From Candidatus Micrarchaeota archaeon (GTDB lineage: Archaea > Micrarchaeota > Micrarchaeia > Norongarragalinales > UBA8480), in the NCBI GenBank assembly GCA_043805855.1, contig JAZDHP010000029.1:1-57809 (forward strand): a stretch of 57,809 nucleotides of DNA. Direction: 5' to 3'. Made by a program: the position numbers and the translations under genes. The notes beneath the pieces were generated by a model. It saw only the letters and a list, made by a program, of their open reading frames with translations. It had not been told where the DNA came from and did no database searches. This document shows positions 27,268-34,539 of the stretch, piece by piece. Each line of letters begins with the position of its first letter. The stretch's first letter is position 1.

Positions 27268-27588
27268 CTATTGCCTGCGGTACCTGTAAGAGTAAGGCAT
27301 GTGTTTTGACTCAAAAGCTGGCTTTTCTGGCTCAGGTTCTGGCTCGACACTAGTGTTCGGCGAAACGATGATAATTTTTTCAACTGCTTTCACTGATTTG
27401 AAGAGAACGGTTTTGTCTTTGAAAATTCTCTTTGCGTCGTCGCGGCTTGAAGCACGAATTGGCTCGAGTGTTAAACGTACAACTTCTCCCTTTTCTAAGT
27501 CAAGGATAATGTCGTACACTTTGCCGATGAACTGCGCGCCATCACTGTAAACATCTAGCCCAATTAATTGAGATAATCTGACTGTCAT
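27268..27588 (-). CDS. PRC-barrel domain protein
   Basis: LIGLDVYSDGAQFIGKVYDIILDLEKGEVVRLTL is a typical PRC-barrel N-terminus. Confidence 0.65.
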   Translation of the reverse strand: MTVRLSQLIGLDVYSDGAQFIGKVYDIILDLEKGEVVRLTLEPIRASSRDDAKRIFKDKTVLFKSVKAVEKIIIVSPNTSVEPEPEPEKPAFESKHMPYSYRYRRQ

Positions 27589-27681
27589 TTTAAAATCCCT
27601 CTTTTTGAAAAATTGAATTGTAAGTTAAACAGCCTTATTCTTTTTAAACCCTTTTACAAGAAACAGCTGTTAAACTACGAG

Positions 27682-28083
27682 CTAAACCGCACGTAGGGTA
27701 AATTCTCTTTTCACCTCATTTAACACGTGACCATAGTTCCGGTAATGCGAAACCACATACATTTTAACAGGATAATCTCCCGGACGCGTGCGCTGGTTGC
27801 CATAAACATTTAACTTAAACTTCTTCTCTTCGCCTGGTTTCAAGAAACTTAGCCGGAGTTCTTTTTCTTGGCTTAAACCAGTTTGTTCAAACCCTAAGCC
27901 TTTTGGAACTGTAATTACAAAAGAAGTGAGCAACTCTTCTCGAGAAACGTTGCGAAGCGTAATAATCAATTCAATGTAGTCAACCTTATGACTAGCAATG
28001 CGAAGCGGGTGAAACGTGAACGATAAGTCAAACGGCGTACCGTCGCTTACTGATTTTTTTCCAAACAAGTCAAACAAAGCCAT
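27682..28083 (-). CDS. hypothetical protein (beta-sandwich-like)
   Basis: 133-aa ORF with an ATG start and an alternating beta pattern. No motif. Confidence 0.45.
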   Translation of the reverse strand: MALFDLFGKKSVSDGTPFDLSFTFHPLRIASHKVDYIELIITLRNVSREELLTSFVITVPKGLGFEQTGLSQEKELRLSFLKPGEEKKFKLNVYGNQRTRPGDYPVKMYVVSHYRNYGHVLNEVKREFTLRAV

Positions 28084-28153
28084 TTCCTAAAATCACCTAA
28101 AAAGAGTTAAAGAAATAGTAGAAAAGAGAAGTTTTAAAGCCAGTACGTTACCC

Positions 28154-28621
28154 CTAGTGTTCAACCCAGAATTTCCACCAGCTAGCGTACGCTGAGAGAA
28201 TGGAAGAAAACTCAGTGCTTAATTTATATGGTTCACCTTTACCGTTGCGCTCAATTAGCCCGCCGCGTTCAAGCGATAGACAAACAAGGAAAAGCGTGCT
28301 TTTCTTTGCGTTTAACTCCTTTCCTATAACTGCAAAGGGCTTCGACCCACTTTTCAAGGTGTTCAGTACGCCGATTGCAAGTTCTTTTTTAGGCTGGGAA
28401 AACGCGAAACTAGCGGTAATGAAATCGTAGATATTAAACTGCATTCCCTCTAGTTTCGGAAGATCTGCTTTGTTAATGCGAAAATGGGCAAATTGCTGGT
28501 TTTTTTGTGTTAAGTAGTGCTCGCGGGTCTTTCCAGAGCGTTTTATGGGTAGTGGTAGTTGTTGCTCAAGTTGAACTTCTTGCTTTTCTGGTGGTTTTTC
28601 AATATTTTCAACTTCTAACAC
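28154..28621 (-). CDS. hypothetical protein with a probable winged-helix DNA-binding domain
   Basis: KKSTLFLVCLSLERGGLIERNGKGEPYKLS resembles a wHTH recognition helix plus wing. Confidence 0.4.
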   Translation of the reverse strand: MLEVENIEKPPEKQEVQLEQQLPLPIKRSGKTREHYLTQKNQQFAHFRINKADLPKLEGMQFNIYDFITASFAFSQPKKELAIGVLNTLKSGSKPFAVIGKELNAKKSTLFLVCLSLERGGLIERNGKGEPYKLSTEFSSILSAYASWWKFWVEH

Positions 28622-28689
28622 AGGGACCCCCCACTTCTACTATTCTTCTATTTTTAGCGCTGCAACTCGCTATTATTTCACTAAATGAC

Positions 28690-28960
28690 CAAAAAGCTAA
28701 ATATAATTAGTTTGTTGGTTTTTGTTTTATTTTTATTAGCGCTTTTAGTCTTTTATTGTTTATTTTATTATTCTTTTTTATTTTTAATTTTATTTCCCTT
28801 TTCTTTCTAATTTTTTAATTTGTGTTTTGTTGTTGTTTTAATTGTTTATTTTATATTAATTTAAACAAATCAACATAATTAATTTTTCTTATTTTATTTA
28901 ACTAACTCTTATTCTTTTTCTTTATTTTTTAATTAATTTTCTTTCCAATACTTGTTTTTT
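28690..28960. repeat. ~270-bp strand-skewed T-rich low-complexity tract in the largest intergenic region
   Basis: Nearly pure T/A with T strongly favoured on the plus strand. Lies between the divergent genes 28154..28621 (-) and enolase (+). Confidence 0.7.
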
Positions 28961-29046
28961 GCACGTTGTTTATATTTTACCCACAATTTTAAACCTTATT
29001 AGCTTTAAATTTACAACTATTAATAGAAGTGAGGGGTGGGTCTCTT

Positions 29047-30291
29047 ATGTTAACATTGAACGCGTTTCAAGTTTTGGATTCAAGAGGAATACCAACCATA
29101 TGTGCTGTTTTGAAAAACGAAACAGGAATCTTCACTGCAACGGTTCCTTCAGGAACTTCTTCCGGTAAATTTGAAGCGGTTGAACTCCGCGACGGGGGTA
29201 AACCCTTCAAAGGTAAAGGGGTAACCAAAGCAATTCAAAACGTTTCGGAAATCGCAAAAAAGCTTCCATCTAGGATTTACAAAGATCAACAAAAACTTGA
29301 TAAATTACTAATTTCGCTTGACGGCACGCCAAACAAAGGAAAGTTGGGCGGAAATGCCCTGCTTGCAGTTAGCTTAGTTTGTGCTAAAGCCGCTGCGGCT
29401 GAAAACAAGCAGCAACTTTTTGAATATTTATCTACTCTCTCTAAAAATACACCAACCCTTCCAATTCCAACACCAACAGTTATTGACGGCGGAAAACATG
29501 GAGGTAACCGCCTTTCAACCCAAGAGTTTCTACTATTTCCAACCAAATTTTCAACATTCGCCGACTGTACTACCGCAGTTGCGGAAATTTACATGGAGTT
29601 GCAAGCGCTAATTTTAAAGAAATTTGGAATATCCGCAACTAATGTTGGGCTAGAAGGGGGGTTTGCCCCGCCGCTTGGGAAAACGCCAGCTGCGCTTGAT
29701 TTAATCTCAACAGCAATTGAAAGAGCAGGTTATGCCGGCATAGTTCGCCTTGGTTTAGATGTAGCTGCGAGCGAATTTTACAATGAAAAAACAAAGAAGT
29801 ACAACTTCGAGGGAAGGCAACTTTCAACAGAGCAATTAGTCGAAGAATATCTCAAGCTCATTACCGAGTACAAAATCATTTCAATTGAAGATCCGTTTGA
29901 CCAAGAAGATTGGAAGGGGTTTACACAATTAACAAAGCAAAGCAAAATTCAAGTAGTTGGTGATGATTTATTAGTTACAAACCCTGCGCGAATTAAGCAG
30001 GGAATTGCAAAGCAGGCAGTTAACTCACTTCTACTTAAGCCAAACCAAATTGGTACAATCAGCGAAACGCTGGCTGCTGCTAAGCTTGCGAGAAGCGCCG
30101 GGTGGACTGTTTTTGCATCACATCGCTCTGGAGACACTGAAGATACATTCCTATGCGACGTAGCTGCTGGCCTTGCGTGTGAATTTGCAAAGCTTGGAGC
30201 GCCATGCCGAAGTGAACGCACCTCAAAATACAACCGCTTTTTGTATTTAGAAAAGTTTCACAAGGTTAAGCTCGCAAAACCAAAGTTTTAG
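29047..30291 (+). CDS. eno: enolase (phosphopyruvate hydratase)
   Basis: VLDSRGIPT, PSGTSSGKFEAVELRDGG, SHRSGDTEDTF. ATG at 29047 preferred over the track start. Confidence 0.9.
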   Translation: MLTLNAFQVLDSRGIPTICAVLKNETGIFTATVPSGTSSGKFEAVELRDGGKPFKGKGVTKAIQNVSEIAKKLPSRIYKDQQKLDKLLISLDGTPNKGKLGGNALLAVSLVCAKAAAAENKQQLFEYLSTLSKNTPTLPIPTPTVIDGGKHGGNRLSTQEFLLFPTKFSTFADCTTAVAEIYMELQALILKKFGISATNVGLEGGFAPPLGKTPAALDLISTAIERAGYAGIVRLGLDVAASEFYNEKTKKYNFEGRQLSTEQLVEEYLKLITEYKIISIEDPFDQEDWKGFTQLTKQSKIQVVGDDLLVTNPARIKQGIAKQAVNSLLLKPNQIGTISETLAAAKLARSAGWTVFASHRSGDTEDTFLCDVAAGLACEFAKLGAPCRSERTSKYNRFLYLEKFHKVKLAKPKF

Positions 30292-31462
30292 CGCGTTGTA
30301 AAATTTCCCAAGCGGGAATTTCTTTTTTGGCACGGCTAGTTTTCTCATCAAAAAAATTATCTCTTCCCTCTACCCCTTCACCAGCAACTAAAACAGGCAC
30401 AGTGTCAGAAGAATGTGCTTTTAGCTTACATGGCGTCGAGTGATCTGCGGTTATAATAATTCTAGTTTTTGTTAAATCAACTTTTAAATTTCCAAAGAAT
30501 TTTTCATCAATCTCTTCAATACACTTTTTCTTTTCAATTGGTTTACCATCGTGGCCAAAAATATCCGGGCCCTTCAAGTGAACGTAAACATTTTCACGTT
30601 CAATTTCACGAGCAGCAACTTGCGCGATTTTTGTGTAATCCCCCTCTTTAACACACACTACTTTCATTTGAAACGCTTTGCCGATTCCAATTTCAAGTGG
30701 CATACCTGCAAGAATAGTCCAGTCACGATAATCTTCCGAGGGTAACTCCGTTTCACAATCCCGCAGCGTAATTCCGTTCGCTTGCAATTGCCCCCCCGTA
30801 CTTCGTTTTTTGTTAAAATCGCCTTTTTCCAACGCGGCGTTTACTGCAAGGGTAAATTCATTTACAATTTTCGCCGCTTCAACCGTTTCCTTTTTGCCAT
30901 CAAGTGCAACGCATTCTAAAATTTCATCGCCAAAATTTGTCAATGCGTTTGTAATTCCCCGGCTGTCCTTCTGGTACGCGGGGTCAGTATTTTGTACGTT
31001 TTTCGAAAACTTCCCCTTGAACCAAACAACCCCCCGATGTCCGGCAGTTGCGCGGAAAACAAACGGCACGCTTAGTTTAATTTTGTTAATTTCTTTTTCC
31101 AATAACTTTGCATCTTCGGTGCTTATCCGCCCCGCGCGCCGGTCAACAATTTTTCCGCCACGCAACGTGCAAAAATTAGTCCTGGCAACAAGCCAACCTG
31201 GCTTAAACTCTTCACCAGTTGAAAGTAACTCGAAAATAGAACGACCATAGTGTTTTTCAAACGGGCTAATCCCAAGAATCGACAATACTCCAACATCACT
31301 CTCTGGAGCAACATCTTTCGCAATGCGTGCGTTCCACACAATTGCCCTCTTCGCAAGCGCGTCCATATGCGGCTTGTGAGCCGCTTCAAGTGGCGTCTTT
31401 CCTTTAAGTTCAACGCAGGGTAAATCTCCAACGCCGTCAAGCACAATAAGCAACGTTTTCAT
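30266..31462 (-). CDS. apgM: cofactor-independent phosphoglycerate mutase, archaeal type (ApgM)
   Basis: MKTLLIVLDGVGD, ITADHSTP and family length. The 3' end overlaps the convergent enolase 3' end by 26 bp. Confidence 0.8.
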   Translation of the reverse strand: MKTLLIVLDGVGDLPCVELKGKTPLEAAHKPHMDALAKRAIVWNARIAKDVAPESDVGVLSILGISPFEKHYGRSIFELLSTGEEFKPGWLVARTNFCTLRGGKIVDRRAGRISTEDAKLLEKEINKIKLSVPFVFRATAGHRGVVWFKGKFSKNVQNTDPAYQKDSRGITNALTNFGDEILECVALDGKKETVEAAKIVNEFTLAVNAALEKGDFNKKRSTGGQLQANGITLRDCETELPSEDYRDWTILAGMPLEIGIGKAFQMKVVCVKEGDYTKIAQVAAREIERENVYVHLKGPDIFGHDGKPIEKKKCIEEIDEKFFGNLKVDLTKTRIIITADHSTPCKLKAHSSDTVPVLVAGEGVEGRDNFFDEKTSRAKKEIPAWEILQRAKTLVLRA

Positions 31463-31493
31463 GAGTTAAGCTACGCTGGGGAAAAATAAAAAG

Positions 31494-31671
31494 TAGCGGG
31501 GGGAAGATAATCAAAGGTTATTCAGCTTTGAAGAATCTTCTTTGAACTTCCGGTCTCCGGGTTATGAGCTTCGCCTCAAGCAACTTTGCAGTCGCCCGAA
31601 CCAGCGGGCACTCCTGGCTACCCTTAGGTCAAAATGATCAACAAAACAAGTGATTAAATTGATACCCCGCT
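31494..31671 (-). tRNA. initiator tRNA-Met (CAT) interrupted by three introns
   Basis: Exons 31671-31663, 31623-31601, 31569-31541 and 31507-31494 join to AGCGGGG-UA-GGGU-AGCCAGGAGU-GCCC-G-CUGGG-CUCAUAA-CCCGG-AGACC-GGAAG-UUCAAAU-CUUCC-CCCCGCU-A. This has A1:U72, three G:C pairs at 29-31/39-41 and A73. BHB-like folds are found at the introns. Confidence 0.75.
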
Positions 31672-31717
31672 GTAGATACAGGAGTGTAAAAAATAGTCAC
31701 AAGGATATTATTAAGCG

Positions 31718-32404
31718 CTATGCTTTAAGAGAAAATTGAGGTTTAAGCGTACTAGAATCAACCAAGCCGCTTAATGTTGTAATTTTTCTTTCAAGCTTCT
31801 GTAGTTCTTCATCTTGGTCAACTGAATTTAACTTACCTCTACAACTTGGACAGCGAAAACTATTTTCAACAGCTTTTTCAAATTCAAAACAACCGCAGTT
31901 TTTAGTACAACGGTAAACTTGCCCGCCCTCTCCCCGCGCTAATTGTACGCGAAGTTGTTCGTACTCGCGTTTCTTTGAATTCAAAAAGTTTTGCAACGCG
32001 CGGTTTGTGTTTAGCTTCCAGGTATAAGTAAACCAACCTGTTTGCAAGTTTTTCTCGCGGCTATACTCAACCAACCCATAACTATGCAAGTGGTTTAACA
32101 CAGAACGAATCTCAGCAATTTTCATCTTTGTATTCTGTTCTATCTTATCATCAGTAGTTCCGCAGTCGCCCATGCAAGAAACAATTTTCAAACCCTCTTC
32201 TCCCGCAACTTCACGCACAAATTCATTAACATGATCAACAGTAACCCGTGGCAACTGGGGAGAAGTCTCTTTTTTTGGGGTTAGTTGTTTCTTTGCGAAA
32301 CTTTTAGGCAAGATTTTTTGCGCCTCGCTTTTAATTATGTAGAGTGATTTTAAATAACCCTTCGCTCCTGAAAAATACATGGAACCCAGATGCGAACAAC
32401 GCAT
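31718..32404 (-). CDS. tfe: transcription factor E alpha (TFE) with an N-terminal extension
   Basis: wH region (EGLKIVSCM..TDDKIEQNT..IAEIRSVLNHLHSYGLVEY) followed by the zinc ribbon YRCTKNCGCFEF...FRCPSCRGKL. The start (32404 or the Met at 32380) is uncertain. Confidence 0.7.
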   Translation of the reverse strand: MRCSHLGSMYFSGAKGYLKSLYIIKSEAQKILPKSFAKKQLTPKKETSPQLPRVTVDHVNEFVREVAGEEGLKIVSCMGDCGTTDDKIEQNTKMKIAEIRSVLNHLHSYGLVEYSREKNLQTGWFTYTWKLNTNRALQNFLNSKKREYEQLRVQLARGEGGQVYRCTKNCGCFEFEKAVENSFRCPSCRGKLNSVDQDEELQKLERKITTLSGLVDSSTLKPQFSLKA

Positions 32405-32450
32405 ACGCTGAGAAAATTATAACTATTCTAAACCAGAAAAGTTATTCGCG

Positions 32451-32613
32451 CGGGCTCGTAGCTCAGCTTGGTAGAGCAATTGGCTCTTAACCAATGGGTC
32501 GAGGGTTCCGAACCCTTTTCTTCTTGAAAGAAGAAAAGCCTTCGAGTGGAAAAGAAGAACTAATAATTTTTCTATCCCGAGAATTGGTTCGCCCAAAAAT
32601 CCCTCCGAGCCCG
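32451..32613 (+). tRNA. tRNA-Lys (CTT) with an 88-nt intron in the T-loop (56/57; intron 32509..32596)
   Basis: The 5' part is a canonical acceptor/D-arm/anticodon arm (ATTGG-CTCTTAA-CCAAT) ending GAGGG-TTC. The matching AAAT-CCCTC-CGAGCCC-G lies 88 nt downstream. The BHB (GGGT/GCCC helix, bulges TCC and AAA, GAACC/GGTTC helix) puts the cuts exactly where TTCAAAT is restored. Confidence 0.8.
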
Positions 32614-32850
32614 CTTTCTTCTTTTTACACTCTAACAGAAAGCCTTTTATTGCGCTTTAACCTATTATTTTTAGCATCGGATTATATAGGTGGGTTGAAC
32701 GCAGGTGCGCCAAGTTCAGAATCCAGATATCCTAATTAAAGTGTTTGGAGGGGACTTGGCCGCCGTGTTCTAAAATTATTTTTTGACAACTACTTTTTTC
32801 GTTGTTCCAAAGCGTATTTAATTTCCCTTTTTTCTATTTTTTTGTAAAGT

Positions 32851-33046
32851 GCGAGGTTGGCAGAGCAGTTATGCATCCGCCTGCAGCAGCTTTTTCTTTC
32901 TAAAGAAAGAAAAAGACTGTGGGAAAAAGAAAGACGATAGTTTTCATTTCTTTTTGGCGCCACGCCCGGCACCTTTTTCTTTCGCAAAGAAAAAGGGGCA
33001 TGGCAGCAGTCAGCGGAGGAGAGGGGTGCAACTCCCTTACCTCGCT
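32851..33046 (+). tRNA. tRNA-Cys (GCA) with a 125-nt intron at the canonical 37/38 site (intron 32887..33011)
   Basis: GCGAGGT/ACCTCGC acceptor, U73 discriminator, TCCGC/GCGGA anticodon stem, CTGCAG|...|A loop. The BHB has a CTGC/GCAG helix with bulges AG|C and TC|A. Caveat: the T-loop reads TGCAACT (G at 55) and the variable loop has 4 nt. Confidence 0.65.
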
Positions 33047-33058
33047 CTTTTTGTTTTA

Positions 33059-33526
33059 CTAAGAAGTAGTTCTTTTTTTCGTTGCTTTTTTCAAAGCAGC
33101 TAGCCATTCGTCGATTGGATATGTTTTGTGTGATTCTAGTCCAAGTCGCGCCAGTTGCTTTGTTCTATCTTCGCTTGGTTTTTGGCTAGTGCTTATTGTT
33201 TGTATTCCTTGTGTTTTCAAGTGAGCGACGCAAATTTTTTCTATATGTGCAGCTAGTCCCTTGGCAAATCCTTTAGCGTCTCTTCCTTTTGGAAAATAAG
33301 TTTCGTTTTCTGCGTGTTTACCTGTAATTGAATATGCAATTTCTCCAAAAGGAGCCCGGCGGCCAGTATATATTTTTTGCAGGGTGGTGTGGTGTTGCTT
33401 TGGGATTTTCATTATTGCAATTCTTCTTTTAATTTGTGCTGCTGTTCTTTGAGTGTTTTCATTTTCTAAGTCGCACCAATATTCATATCTTCCATTGTGA
33501 TAAATTGAAAGTTGCAGGTTTGGCAT
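33059..33526 (-). CDS. hypothetical protein
   Basis: 155-aa ORF with an ATG start. No secure motif. Confidence 0.45.
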   Translation of the reverse strand: MPNLQLSIYHNGRYEYWCDLENENTQRTAAQIKRRIAIMKIPKQHHTTLQKIYTGRRAPFGEIAYSITGKHAENETYFPKGRDAKGFAKGLAAHIEKICVAHLKTQGIQTISTSQKPSEDRTKQLARLGLESHKTYPIDEWLAALKKATKKRTTS

Positions 33527-33536
33527 TTAGTTCCCT

Positions 33537-34040
33537 TTAGATGTTTAAGTAAATCTTCGCTGCGTACAGTGAAGCGATTGAGAGTGCGTCTGTCAATTGC
33601 CGTTTGTTAATTAGTTCTTCAATTTCGTTCCACGTGTACTCGCGGTGTTTGATGTTTTCTTCGATTTTCATTTGTTGTTTTCGCGTTGCGTCTAGCGCAA
33701 GGAAGATGAAGGGTTGAGTTGCAACGACGTTGGGTTCAATTGAGAAGCGCCCAAGTGAAGTCCAGGTTTTGCTAGTGTAGCCGGTTTCTTCTATTAATTC
33801 TCGCTTCGCGGTTTGCAGTGCCGTTTCATCTCCCCTATCTTTTACTCCTGCAGGGAGTTCGAGAATTTCTTTTTCCAACGGCTCGCGGTATTGCTTTATG
33901 AGTACTATTTTGTCGTTCGGCGTAACTGCAACGATTGCTACGCTTGGTCTAAATTTTACGATGGTGTAATCCCTTTTCCCTTGCTGGGGTTTTTTGCGTA
34001 CAATGAGAAACTTATCGCGGTAAACTATGCTTTCGGCCAT
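33537..34040 (-). CDS. NUDIX hydrolase (ADP-ribose pyrophosphatase-like)
   Basis: Nudix box GVKDRGDETALQTAKRELIEETGY (Gx5Ex7REUxEExGU). Confidence 0.8.
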   Translation of the reverse strand: MAESIVYRDKFLIVRKKPQQGKRDYTIVKFRPSVAIVAVTPNDKIVLIKQYREPLEKEILELPAGVKDRGDETALQTAKRELIEETGYTSKTWTSLGRFSIEPNVVATQPFIFLALDATRKQQMKIEENIKHREYTWNEIEELINKRQLTDALSIASLYAAKIYLNI

Positions 34041-34095
34041 AAGTAGTTAACGCGCCGGTGGTTTTTACGAGTTGTGTTGATTGTCAAACTAACGG

Positions 34096-34539
34096 TTATT
34101 TGTTATAATTTTTTATTCTGTTTTTTTCGTTGTCTGGTCTGTTTTGTATTCCGGTTAATCGTGATGCGATTCTTTCGCCAAACGCTTTTGCGCGGGAGAG
34201 TTCAACTTCGGTTACTTTTGCGCCAATTGGCAAAAGGGAAGGCGCGCGTTTTAAACACAAGGTGTTTTCCACGTTGACGTTTTGTTTTTGCAACTCTTCT
34301 ATGAGTTTTTGCATTTCTTGAAATGAAAAACCGACGCCAACCAAGTAAATTGTTTTTTCATGTAATTGCGGCGCGATGGTTTTCAATTCGCCGCCTAGTA
34401 CTTGTTTTGCAATGCAAATTACTGAAAGTGTTTGCAATTCACTTGCGTTTGTTGTTAGTTTCAGTTCAACTGATGCAGCGCCTGCTGCAACTGCTTTTGC
34501 AATTTCAATGCATTCTTGTGTGTGAAATATTGTTAACAT
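34096..34539 (-). CDS. hypothetical protein (possibly flavodoxin-like fold)
   Basis: 147-aa ORF overlapping the pyrG 3' end by 7 nt. Alternating beta/alpha pattern only. Confidence 0.4.
   Translation of the reverse strand: MLTIFHTQECIEIAKAVAAGAASVELKLTTNASELQTLSVICIAKQVLGGELKTIAPQLHEKTIYLVGVGFSFQEMQKLIEELQKQNVNVENTLCLKRAPSLLPIGAKVTEVELSRAKAFGERIASRLTGIQNRPDNEKNRIKNYNK

Noticed and set aside
31495-31671. The GC-rich structured gap between apgM and tfe initially looked like a reduced SRP (7S) RNA: GGTAGCCAGGAG and a CCGGAAG-like tetraloop on the minus strand.
   Set aside because: Helix 8 motifs do not fold (the GGAA loop has no closing pairs) and the length is too short. The same sequence resolves completely as an initiator tRNA with three introns.
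32614-32850. The spacer between tRNA-Lys and tRNA-Cys was scanned for a further split tRNA or C/D-box RNA (GGTGGGTTGAACGC, GGAGGGGACTTGGCCGCC).
   Set aside because: No acceptor/T-arm complementarity and no C (RUGAUGA) / D (CUGA) box pairs. Only TATA-like boxes at appropriate distances from the flanking tRNA genes.
32494-33107. Track ORFs 32494..32739 (+), 32790..33107 (-) and 32849..33103 (+).
   Set aside because: They run through tRNA-Lys and tRNA-Cys and their introns. Their low-complexity Lys/Phe/Ser content comes from the polypurine/polypyrimidine hairpins, so they are not genes.
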